Below, one piece after another: positions 41,495 to 50,199 of a DNA stretch of 64,000 nucleotides (within the stretch, counting starts at the first letter, position 1; each line of letters starts with the position of its first letter). This DNA is from an uncultured Bacteroidota bacterium (GTDB taxonomy: Bacteria; Bacteroidota; Bacteroidia; Bacteroidales; VadinHA17), in NCBI GenBank assembly GCA_963843415.1, contig CAWJKD010000004.1, positions 80,424 through 144,423 of the forward strand, given 5' to 3'. Under the pieces are notes generated by a model. It made no database searches. It saw only the letters and a list, made by a program, of their open reading frames with translations, and was not told the origin of the DNA. The position numbers and the translations under genes are program-made.

Positions 41495-41797
41495 ATGCAA
41501 TTTTTACTTATCGCTTACGACGGAACCGATAGCCAGGCATTAGACCGCAGAATGAAGAGCAGACCAGAGCATCTGGCAAAGATAGCCCGTATTAAAAAAG
41601 CTGATCAGTTCCTGTTTGGCGGAGCTATTCTGAATGATTCCGGAAACATGATCGGATCAGTAATACTTTATGAAGTGGATGACAGGAAACAGCTGGATCT
41701 CCTTTTGAAGGACGAACCATATCTAAACAATAAAGTATGGGAAAAAATCGAAATCAAACCTTTCCGGCTGGCTAAAATTGATAACGGCAATAACTAA
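41495..41797 (+). CDS. YciI-family protein
   Basis: 100 aa. The pattern MQFLLIAYDG...RPEHL...GGA is typical of YciI-like proteins. Confidence 0.7.
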   Translation: MQFLLIAYDGTDSQALDRRMKSRPEHLAKIARIKKADQFLFGGAILNDSGNMIGSVILYEVDDRKQLDLLLKDEPYLNNKVWEKIEIKPFRLAKIDNGNN

Positions 41798-41821
41798 CAA
41801 CAATTAGAATTGTCCTTGCCA

Positions 41822-41864
41822 CTTTGCATTACAAGTCAACGGTATATGGAGTGTTGACGCAAAG
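41822..41864 (+). terminator. Bulged hairpin CTTTGC-(attacaa)-GTCAAC-loop-GTTGAC-GCAAAG downstream of yciI
   Basis: 12 paired positions read directly. There is no U-tract, so terminator function is uncertain. Confidence 0.3.
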
Positions 41865-41931
41865 GTTAACAAAAACTTAGCAGTAGCCGTCAGTTCAGGT
41901 TAAAAAACAGACTGATTAAATTACTATTTAC

Positions 41932-41939
41932 TATGTTTG
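41932..41939 (+). promoter_or_regulatory. Candidate -7 promoter element TATGTTTG upstream of the cytidylyltransferase operon
   Basis: It matches TAnnTTTG and lies 63 nt upstream of the ATG at 42002. Confidence 0.3.
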
Positions 41940-42001
41940 TATTCTGAATTTTGTTTTAGGATAAACAACTAAAGACTTAAGTTAATATTTATACTCCCGG
42001 A

Positions 42002-42457
42002 ATGAATCAGATAATTGTTTACACTTCAGGCACTTTTGATCTCTTTCACAGCAATCATCTGAAAATGATTAAATATGCAAGGGGATTAGGAGATGTTCTC
42101 ATTGTTGGAGTAAGCACTGATGAACTTGTCAGTTCGTATAAAAAGCCTCCGATAATTCCTTTTGAGGAGAGGATCCAGATTATTGAAGCTCTTAAATATC
42201 CCGATATTGTGATACCGCAACATTCGCTTGACCATTCTGCAATAGTTAAAAAACTCCATATTAATATATTCGTTGTTGGGGATGATTGGCTTGGCAAATA
42301 CGATTATCTGGAAAAACTTGGAGTCAGGGTTTTTTATTTCCCCTATGGAAAAGGTATAAGCAGTTCGAATGTAAAAGAAAAAATATTTACTAATTATCAA
42401 AAGATGAAAAGTAAAATAGACAAGCATGATAATCCTGAAATTAAAAGCGATAAATGA
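42002..42457 (+). CDS. Cytidylyltransferase-like protein (TagD / ECT / CCT HxGH class)
   Basis: 151 aa. N-terminal GTFDLFHSNH (HxGH-type motif), then YKKPPIIPFEER and a late ISSS segment. Confidence 0.8.
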   Translation: MNQIIVYTSGTFDLFHSNHLKMIKYARGLGDVLIVGVSTDELVSSYKKPPIIPFEERIQIIEALKYPDIVIPQHSLDHSAIVKKLHINIFVVGDDWLGKYDYLEKLGVRVFYFPYGKGISSSNVKEKIFTNYQKMKSKIDKHDNPEIKSDK

Positions 42458-43179
42458 AATATGCGGTTGTAACAGGCGGGACTAAGGGAATCGGAAGAGA
42501 AATCTGTCAAAAGCTTTTAATTCGGGGATTTTCAGTAATATCAGTTCATAATGATATTGATACACCGGACCAGCCTGCAAGACAGTGGCCCGGGAAAGAG
42601 TTTAAGGACCTGTATTACAAAATAAAATGCGATCTTTCCAGTACTGGCAATATCCAATACCTTTATTCTGAAGTTAAATCAATAACAGATTCCCTTGATG
42701 TTCTTGTTCTTAATGCCGGCAAAACAATCAGGAAAGGGATTGCTGATATGACAATTGAAGAATGGGAATCAGTTCTTGCTGTGAATGTCACCACTCCATT
42801 GTTTTTGATCCAGAAATTTCTGCCTTATTTAAACAAGGGGGGAAATATTATTTTTACCGGCTCTGCAATGGCGGTATTTCCTCACTCTGTCTCTCTTGCT
42901 TATGGTATTTCAAAATCAGCCGTTCATTCAATGGTTAAGAACCTTGTCAAATTTCTGATTCCTTTTGATATCAGAGTAAATTGTGTCGCACCTGGTTTTG
43001 TTGATACGGAATGGCAGAAAAACAAGCCTCCGGAGGTCAGGGAAAGTATTAACAAAAAGATTTCGTTAAAACGGTTTGCTGAACCAGAAGAGATCGCTGC
43101 GGTATTTATGTTTATAATTGACAATCCATACATAAACGGGGAAATTATTGCTGTTGATGGCGGTTACTCTTATCAATAA
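42454..43179 (+). CDS. Short-chain dehydrogenase/reductase (SDR)
   Basis: Motifs VTGGTKGIG, NAG and the catalytic YGISK. It has a 4-nt overlap with the upstream gene. Confidence 0.85.
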   Translation: MKYAVVTGGTKGIGREICQKLLIRGFSVISVHNDIDTPDQPARQWPGKEFKDLYYKIKCDLSSTGNIQYLYSEVKSITDSLDVLVLNAGKTIRKGIADMTIEEWESVLAVNVTTPLFLIQKFLPYLNKGGNIIFTGSAMAVFPHSVSLAYGISKSAVHSMVKNLVKFLIPFDIRVNCVAPGFVDTEWQKNKPPEVRESINKKISLKRFAEPEEIAAVFMFIIDNPYINGEIIAVDGGYSYQ

Positions 43180-43196
43180 AAGTCAAAAGAGAGAAA

Positions 43197-44075
43197 ATGA
43201 GCTGGCTTGAGGAATATAAGAAATCACTTAAGATGACAGAGGTGGAAGAGTATCCTGACCTGTTTTTCTACAGACCTCTTGCATTCCTGGTGGTGAAATT
43301 GGTATATAATACCAGAATTACACCTGATAATCTTACATTATTTGCAATTATGTCAGGATTGACCGGAGGAGCACTATATGCCTTTGGAACGCAGACAACA
43401 ACTATTTTAGGAGCATTGTTTTTTGCATTATTCATAATTTTTGATTGCAGTGACGGCCAGCTCGCACGCCTTAAAAAAAACGGCACTCCCATAGGAAGGA
43501 TCCTTGATGGAATTGCAGACTATATAGTAGTAATATCTATATATGCTGGAATAGCAATAGGATATACACGGCAAGAAGGACAACCATCTTATATGTTAGG
43601 TCTCCTTATCCTTTCTGGTGTATGCGTAATCATTCATCATATGCTGGTCGACTTCTTCAGAACCAGATTCCTGACTATTGTTGGTAAGCGTAAAAACATC
43701 CTTGAAGAAGATCTCAGCGAGTACAGGAATGAATATAACAAACTAAAAGGCTCAAAAAGCAGATGGATTGAACGCAACATCATTCTTATTTATCTGACAT
43801 ATTTAACTATACAGGAAAAGCTTACAGCCAAAAGAAAAAAACTCGAAATTTATGATATCTCTCCAGAGGAGTATTATAAAAAGAACCGGTTATTGATGGG
43901 GCTATGGCTGACTATGGGACCATCAGCAATGAGAACCTCTTTGATTATTTGTTCTCTGTTTGGTCGTTTTGATATATATTTCTGGATCATTATAGGCGGA
44001 TTTAACATCCTTGCTGCAACATTATGGATAATACAGCGTCAGTTCGATAAAAGTTATTTGATTCGTACGAAATGA
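43197..44075 (+). CDS. CDP-alcohol phosphatidyltransferase-family membrane protein
   Basis: Signature DCSDGQLARL...GRILDGIADY (D-x2-DG-x2-AR...G-x3-D-x3-D). Polytopic, 292 aa. Confidence 0.85.
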   Translation: MSWLEEYKKSLKMTEVEEYPDLFFYRPLAFLVVKLVYNTRITPDNLTLFAIMSGLTGGALYAFGTQTTTILGALFFALFIIFDCSDGQLARLKKNGTPIGRILDGIADYIVVISIYAGIAIGYTRQEGQPSYMLGLLILSGVCVIIHHMLVDFFRTRFLTIVGKRKNILEEDLSEYRNEYNKLKGSKSRWIERNIILIYLTYLTIQEKLTAKRKKLEIYDISPEEYYKKNRLLMGLWLTMGPSAMRTSLIICSLFGRFDIYFWIIIGGFNILAATLWIIQRQFDKSYLIRTK

Positions 44076-44090
44076 AGGCAGGTAAAGGGA

Positions 44091-44930
44091 ATGACTGAAA
44101 GTATTTTAACTATATCAATTGCCGGATTATTGGCAGGTCTTATTTTTTCAATGCCAATTGCAGGACCTATCAGCATCCTTATTACAACAAATGCTCTTAA
44201 AGGCAGATCAGGGTATTGTAATTTTGTAACCATAGGAGCTTCATTCGGAACATTTACTTATGTGTTTTTTGCAGCCTACGGCCTGACAAAACTTTATCCA
44301 TTTTACAAACCTGCAATCCCCTATCTGTTGTTACTGGGTTCTCTTTTTCTTTTATTTATTGGATATAGGCTCTTCAGTACAAAGCTCGATATTGAACACA
44401 TTGGAGACAAAAACCCCCGGAGTGATAAGATCAGGAAAAAAGGGAGGGGTGGATTCTATGCAGGATTCATTATTAATTTCTTAAATCCTACTCTTTTAAT
44501 CGGATGGCTTACATCTACCTTTTTTGTGATTTCCTTTGTTTCTTCTCTTGGCTTTAATACGGGGAATCTGAATATTGTTATTAACCAGAGCGTGAAAGAA
44601 ATCAGTAGTATAGAAAGCAGCGTTAGTGAGGATATAGAAAATTTGTCAACCAATAGTCTGGGGATCATAAAAACTCCTGAAATTGGCGAAGGTAAAAATG
44701 AACCAGCCCGATTTCCCAAATATTTTCATTTAGTAATAAGTGTATTATATGCTTTCTTCGTCACCGCAGGAAGCATAATATGGTTTTATATGCTGACATT
44801 TCTTTTAACCCGTTTCCGGAAAAAAATCAATATAAGAATTTTAACAGTGTTCATTAAAAGCCTGAGTATTGTTATTTGTTGTTTTGGTATGTACTTTGGA
44901 TACCTTGCTGTCAGGATGCTGTCAAATTAG
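44091..44930 (+). CDS. LysE/RhtB-like membrane protein with a long internal loop
   Basis: 279 aa. LysE-like N-terminal helix hairpin (GPISILITTNALKG), FINFLNPTLL, and a ~70-aa Ser/Glu-rich insertion. Confidence 0.55.
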   Translation: MTESILTISIAGLLAGLIFSMPIAGPISILITTNALKGRSGYCNFVTIGASFGTFTYVFFAAYGLTKLYPFYKPAIPYLLLLGSLFLLFIGYRLFSTKLDIEHIGDKNPRSDKIRKKGRGGFYAGFIINFLNPTLLIGWLTSTFFVISFVSSLGFNTGNLNIVINQSVKEISSIESSVSEDIENLSTNSLGIIKTPEIGEGKNEPARFPKYFHLVISVLYAFFVTAGSIIWFYMLTFLLTRFRKKINIRILTVFIKSLSIVICCFGMYFGYLAVRMLSN

Positions 44931-45012
44931 AATTTGAGAAGGATTCTATAAATAGCCTTTGGGTGTCAATGTAAAAACTTCGAAACATCACAATTAATTA
45001 GGGCAATCTGAT

Positions 45013-45020
45013 TATGTTTG
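45013..45020 (+). promoter_or_regulatory. Candidate -7 promoter element TATGTTTG upstream of the P-type ATPase
   Basis: It matches TAnnTTTG and lies 37 nt upstream of the ATG at 45057. No clear -33 element. Confidence 0.3.
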
Positions 45021-45056
45021 CCGAATCAGCCTTCATTAATAATACAATATAATCTC

Positions 45057-47735
45057 ATGGCACATTTATATAACCAGGAAATTAGCGAGATTCTTTCACA
45101 ACTTAATAGTTCTGGATCAGCGGGATTGTCAAAAGGGGAGGTTAGACGACGGCTCGAAGAACATGGCTATAACCAGTTGATCTCAAAACGTAAGAAAAGC
45201 TTTTTGCAGAAGTTCTTTGCCCAGTTTAAAAGCTTCATGATAATAATCCTCCTGATTGCTGCAGCAATATCAGGTGTTGTTGGGGTTATGGAAGGAGAAG
45301 GATTACTGGATACATTTGTAATCCTTGGGATTCTGATAGTAAATGCATTTGTAGGTGCCTACCAGGAACGAAAAGCAGAGTCCTCTCTTGAGGCGTTGAA
45401 AAACCTTGCCGCACCCATAACCAAAGTACTTCGTGACGGGATCATAACAGAGATCCCCACAAGGGAACTTGTTCCGGGTGATATTGTAATTCTTGAGACA
45501 GGCGCAATTATACCGGCTGATTTGAGGCTCATTGAAGCTGTCAACCTTAAAATTCAGGAATCATCTCTGACCGGAGAATCTGTTCCGGTGGAAAAACATA
45601 CAGAACCACTGGCCGGCGATGAGATTGCGCTTGGTGATCGCATAAATATGGCATTTTCAACAGGCATGGTTACATATGGTCGTGGCCGTGGTATAGTTAT
45701 AGCAACCGGAATGCAGACAGAAGTTGGGAAAATTGCGGATATGTTGCAGCAAACTGTTGAGACTGAAACACCCATGAGCCGGCGTCTTGAACAGCTCGGC
45801 AAAGTACTTGGTATTGCTGCTTTGATCATCTGTGCAGTTATCTTTTTGGTCGGAGTGCTTTATGGCAATTCTATATTAAGCATGTTCATGACAGCTGTCA
45901 GCCTGGCTGTAGCAGCAATTCCTGAAGGTCTACCTGCGGTTTCAACAGTGGTACTGGCCATAGGAGTTCAGCGGATGGTTAAAAGGAATGCCATTATCCG
46001 CACACTTCCTTCAGTTGAGACACTTGGAAGTGCAACAGTAATCTGTTCCGACAAGACAGGGACCCTTACGCAGAATAAAATGACAGTTGTTGAAGCGTAT
46101 GTTAATCATAAAAGAGATCTCATTAACAGGACTGCTCCGGCTACAACTCTGAATGCCGAAGAAAACAAGCTCCTTTCAATTTCAGTTTTATGTGCTGATG
46201 CACAGATGAGAACAAATGAAGACGGTAAGTTTGAATTTATGGGTGATCCGACAGAAACAGCGCTCCTCGATTTTGGAATTTTGTACGGGATGTACAAAGA
46301 TGATCTTGAAAAGAAATACCCCCGGATTGCCGAGATCCCTTTTGACTCTGAAAGAAAACGGATGACAACAGTCAACAGGGTGTCTGATAAGAGCACAAGA
46401 ATAAATGTAAAAGGAGGCCTGGACGAAGTCCTGAGTGTTTGTGACCAAATTATTGTCAATAATGAGGTCAGACCAATTAGACCGGAGGATACTGAGAAGA
46501 TAAGGAGTGCAAATGAAGCAATGGCTGATTCAGCGTTACGGGTTTTATCGATGGCCTACAGGGATCTGCCTGAAACGCCGGATAATGTGCATATCGGCGA
46601 ACTGGAAAAGGGACTAATCTTTATTGGCTTGCTTGGAATGATCGATCCGGCCAGACCGGAAGTTCTCGATGCTGTAGCCAAATGCAACACAGCAGGGATC
46701 CGTCCTGTAATGATAACCGGCGACCATAAGAGCACCGCATTGGCAATTGCCAGAGAGATAGGAATATACAGAGATGGGGATCTGGCTATCACAGGTGCCG
46801 AACTTGAAAAACTGGATGAGGATAAATTTAATCAAAAGGTAACCACTTATTCAGTATATGCCAGGGTGGCGCCTGAACATAAAGTCCGTATTGTGAAAGC
46901 ATGGCAGAAGCATGGTGAAGTCGTGGCGATGACCGGAGATGGGGTGAATGACGCTCCGGCTCTCAAGCAGGCAGACATAGGTGCCGCCATGGGAATTGTC
47001 GGAACAGATGTCGCAAAAGGAGCTGCTGATATGATCCTTACCGACGATAATTTTGCAACAATTGTTTCAGCCGTTGAAGAGGGTAGAAGGATCTATGATA
47101 ATATTCTTAAAGCTGTTCAGTTTCTTCTCTCAACAAATGTAGGCGAGATATTCCTTTTGCTTATTACTTCAATTCTTAACCTTGGCGTACCCCTTTTACC
47201 AATACATATACTCTGGGTCAACCTGGTTACTGATAGTCTTCCTGCATTGGCCCTTAGCGTTGACCCCCCTGAAGAAAATATTATGAATCGTAAACCACGT
47301 AGTTCAAAAGGGGGTTTTATGACAAAAGGCATGGTATGGAGAGTTATGTATCAGGGGATAATGATTGGAACGATCCCTCTTATTGCTTACATAATAGGGC
47401 TACATGACGGAGGAGAAATCCTGGGTCAAACAATGGCCTTTGCTACATTGATGTTCGCACAACTCGTTCATGTCAGGAATTTGCACTCCAATACCCGATC
47501 GTCATTCACTATCAGCCCGATGAAAAATAAACCTCTGATCTTCGCAATTCTATTTTCAGCCGGACTTGCGCTTTTAGTATTGCTTATTCCTCCTATAAGT
47601 GAGGCTTTCAGCCTTACTGCAATGGATAATAAACACTGGCTTACTGTGATATTAATGTCCTTTATACCGATCCTTGTTGTTGATATTTTCAAATTATTCA
47701 GGATAAATGGCACCAGAGAGGAAAGATCAAAATAA
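45057..47735 (+). CDS. Calcium-translocating P-type ATPase (type IIA, SERCA/PMCA-like)
   Basis: Motifs TGES, PEGLPAV, phosphorylation site CSDKTGTLT, and TGDGVNDAPAL. The likely start is MAHLYNQ at 45057; the ORF track starts at 45018. Confidence 0.9.
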   Translation: MAHLYNQEISEILSQLNSSGSAGLSKGEVRRRLEEHGYNQLISKRKKSFLQKFFAQFKSFMIIILLIAAAISGVVGVMEGEGLLDTFVILGILIVNAFVGAYQERKAESSLEALKNLAAPITKVLRDGIITEIPTRELVPGDIVILETGAIIPADLRLIEAVNLKIQESSLTGESVPVEKHTEPLAGDEIALGDRINMAFSTGMVTYGRGRGIVIATGMQTEVGKIADMLQQTVETETPMSRRLEQLGKVLGIAALIICAVIFLVGVLYGNSILSMFMTAVSLAVAAIPEGLPAVSTVVLAIGVQRMVKRNAIIRTLPSVETLGSATVICSDKTGTLTQNKMTVVEAYVNHKRDLINRTAPATTLNAEENKLLSISVLCADAQMRTNEDGKFEFMGDPTETALLDFGILYGMYKDDLEKKYPRIAEIPFDSERKRMTTVNRVSDKSTRINVKGGLDEVLSVCDQIIVNNEVRPIRPEDTEKIRSANEAMADSALRVLSMAYRDLPETPDNVHIGELEKGLIFIGLLGMIDPARPEVLDAVAKCNTAGIRPVMITGDHKSTALAIAREIGIYRDGDLAITGAELEKLDEDKFNQKVTTYSVYARVAPEHKVRIVKAWQKHGEVVAMTGDGVNDAPALKQADIGAAMGIVGTDVAKGAADMILTDDNFATIVSAVEEGRRIYDNILKAVQFLLSTNVGEIFLLLITSILNLGVPLLPIHILWVNLVTDSLPALALSVDPPEENIMNRKPRSSKGGFMTKGMVWRVMYQGIMIGTIPLIAYIIGLHDGGEILGQTMAFATLMFAQLVHVRNLHSNTRSSFTISPMKNKPLIFAILFSAGLALLVLLIPPISEAFSLTAMDNKHWLTVILMSFIPILVVDIFKLFRINGTREERSK

Positions 47736-47765
47736 CCAGGAGATCCTTAATATTCCTAAATAATA

Positions 47766-48881
47766 ATGATTAAACAATTTAGATTTTATTTATATTCTAT
47801 TGCGCTGGTTCTTTTAACGGGAACATTTTGTGTTAATGCACAGGTTCTGCAAGATACTCTTGCAGTAAACAGGATTAGATCCGGTATTGATGAAATGTAT
47901 AACCTTGAATTCAATAAAGTAAAAGAACTGTTTTCTGAGGTCCGCAGATTATATCCTGATCATCCTGTAAATTACCTGCTCAGCGGACTTACTACATACT
48001 GGAAAAACTATCCGTTGATTTCAACCTCCCCGGCCAGGGAGATTTTTGAAGAAGATTTAAGGAAGTGTATCCGGCTAAGCGAACAGAAACCTTATTCAAC
48101 TCAATATGAAGCAGAAAGTCTGCTCGCAAATATCTGCGCAAGGGGACTACTTGCATTGTTTTATTCAGATAATGGACTGGTGATGAACGTTATCCCCCTG
48201 GTAACAGGAACTTATAAATATTTAATGAGATCCTTTGATTTTGTGTCGACCCATTCGGACCTGTATTATTTCACCGGATTATATAATTATTACAGGGAAG
48301 CATATCCCAAAATACATCCTGTGTACAGAACTCTTGCTTCTCTTTTTCCTTCAGGTGATATGCCAAAAGGTCTTAATGAACTTACCAGAGCAACAGGACA
48401 GGCAGTTTTTTTAAAAGCTGAATCTTTTGTAATTCTCTCATGGATCTACACAGGATATGAGAATAACTACCTGAAGGCTTCAGAATATAGCAGAACACTA
48501 TCTGACATGTACCCGGAAAATTTGTATTTCAGGGGGTTACACATCAAAAATCTTCTTCTTCTGAATGAATATGAACAGGCTGAGAATCTCCTTAAAAGCT
48601 ACCCTTCTGATTCAATTAAAACCTACTTTGACGGACAGTCTATGGTATTCCGTGGCATTGTTCAGGAAAAGAAATATAAAAATTATTATTTGGCTAAACA
48701 ATTTTATGAGGAAGGGATAGGTATTCTATCTCTTTATGGCGATCAAGGAGACGAATTCTGCGGGTACGCCTATTTCGGCCTCAGTCGTATTTGCGATCAT
48801 AACGGAGACAAAACCGGTAAAAAATCGTATCGCAGGAAAGGATCAGATCTTGTAAGTTTAAAAAAAATTAATTTTGACTGA
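47766..48881 (+). CDS. Hypothetical secreted protein, all-helical (TPR-like)
   Basis: Signal peptide present. 371 aa rich in Y/L/E helical repeats. I recognised no catalytic motif. Confidence 0.5.
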   Translation: MIKQFRFYLYSIALVLLTGTFCVNAQVLQDTLAVNRIRSGIDEMYNLEFNKVKELFSEVRRLYPDHPVNYLLSGLTTYWKNYPLISTSPAREIFEEDLRKCIRLSEQKPYSTQYEAESLLANICARGLLALFYSDNGLVMNVIPLVTGTYKYLMRSFDFVSTHSDLYYFTGLYNYYREAYPKIHPVYRTLASLFPSGDMPKGLNELTRATGQAVFLKAESFVILSWIYTGYENNYLKASEYSRTLSDMYPENLYFRGLHIKNLLLLNEYEQAENLLKSYPSDSIKTYFDGQSMVFRGIVQEKKYKNYYLAKQFYEEGIGILSLYGDQGDEFCGYAYFGLSRICDHNGDKTGKKSYRRKGSDLVSLKKINFD

Positions 48882-48989
48882 ATATATGAGAAAAAATATG
48901 ACACCAGGGGATATCAAAGCAGCAGATAATAGCCACAGTAATTGCGAACCGGAACGAAAAGCAAAATATTATTAATTTTGAATTAGTTT

Positions 48990-49862
48990 ATGAGAGTAAT
49001 TGATTTTGACGAGCTTGAAAAATTGTCTCCTGTTTTCAGAGGTGAGAAGGGGCACAAACGTGCTGAGCTCTTCATGCGGGTATTTTCTATTGACAAGGTG
49101 AACGAAGTATATAACAATTCAAGCAGTTACTCCGGAGCCGATTTTGCTGCAAGATTATTGAATGATTTAGGTATTGATTATATTATTGGTAACGCCGACC
49201 GGTTAGAAACGTTACCGGAAGGAGCTTTTATAACTGTATCTAATCATCCCTATGGAGGTATAGATGGAATTATATTGATTGATATAATGGCCGGAATACG
49301 TTCCGATTACAAGTTAATGGTTAATAAAATGCTTTCTCTTGTTAAAACAATGAAAGAGAATTTTATAACTGTAACCCCAATGTTCACAAAGAAAAAAGGT
49401 ATTACCGGTACAACTATCCATGGTTTCCGGGAGACAGTAACAAGCTTGCAGAATGGCCACCCGGTTGGTTTTTTCCCTTCGGGAGCAGTTTCAGATTTTA
49501 CCCTGAAAGACTTCAGTGTAAGAGATAGGAAATGGCAGACAAGTATTCTTCGTCTTATTCATTCAATGAAAGTTCCGGTTTTACCGATTCGGTTTTTTGA
49601 TGCCAACTCGCGATTTTTCTATTTTCTGGGTTTGATAAACTGGCAAATCCGTTCATTGAGAATGCCTTATGAGCTTTTCAATAAAACAGAAAAGAAACCG
49701 CGGATCGGAATAGGCAACATAATATCTGTCGAAGAACAGGAACGGTTCGGCGATTTCGCATCTCTTGGTGCTTATTTAAGAAAATCCATTTATGAAATGC
49801 CAGTACCTAAATCATTCGTTACGAGAACCAAACTTAATTTAGACGTAGTAAAAAACACATAG
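48990..49862 (+). CDS. Lysophospholipid (1-acylglycerol-3-phosphate-type) acyltransferase family protein
   Basis: HX4D motif in SNHPYGGIDG and the downstream FPSG block. Confidence 0.75.
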   Translation: MRVIDFDELEKLSPVFRGEKGHKRAELFMRVFSIDKVNEVYNNSSSYSGADFAARLLNDLGIDYIIGNADRLETLPEGAFITVSNHPYGGIDGIILIDIMAGIRSDYKLMVNKMLSLVKTMKENFITVTPMFTKKKGITGTTIHGFRETVTSLQNGHPVGFFPSGAVSDFTLKDFSVRDRKWQTSILRLIHSMKVPVLPIRFFDANSRFFYFLGLINWQIRSLRMPYELFNKTEKKPRIGIGNIISVEEQERFGDFASLGAYLRKSIYEMPVPKSFVTRTKLNLDVVKNT

Positions 49863-50199
49863 ACATCAGGGGCTATTTCATTGTCTTAAAGCCGCAAGCT
49901 GGCAGTATCCAGGTTGGCAGTGTGCCGTCAAGATTGAACTGATCGTTAAAAGTATCAATACCCCTGCAAAAAAGAAAGTTCTGGATCCTTTTACCATACT
50001 TTGCTAAAATTTTGATAAGGAGGATTGTTGAGATATTAGCATTATGTGCCTTTTTCTGACATTACCCATCCGGTCGTAAGCATATTAATTTAAATACAAC
50101 AATTTTTTAAAACATATTTAGCAGATGGAATATATCACTAAATTAAATTTTATTTTTACTATATTATTCCGATTAAAATAACCTTTAATATCTGGTCCT

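Noticed and set aside
45359-47713. Eight minus-strand ORFs (61-117 aa) across the P-type ATPase gene
   Set aside because: They are antisense shadows of a 892-aa ORF that carries all P-type ATPase signature motifs.
48886-48978. A 30-codon ORF (MRKNMTPGDIKAADNSHSNCEPERKAKYY) upstream of the acyltransferase
   Set aside because: It is short and hydrophilic, and it has no recognisable signal or motif. I cannot distinguish it from chance.
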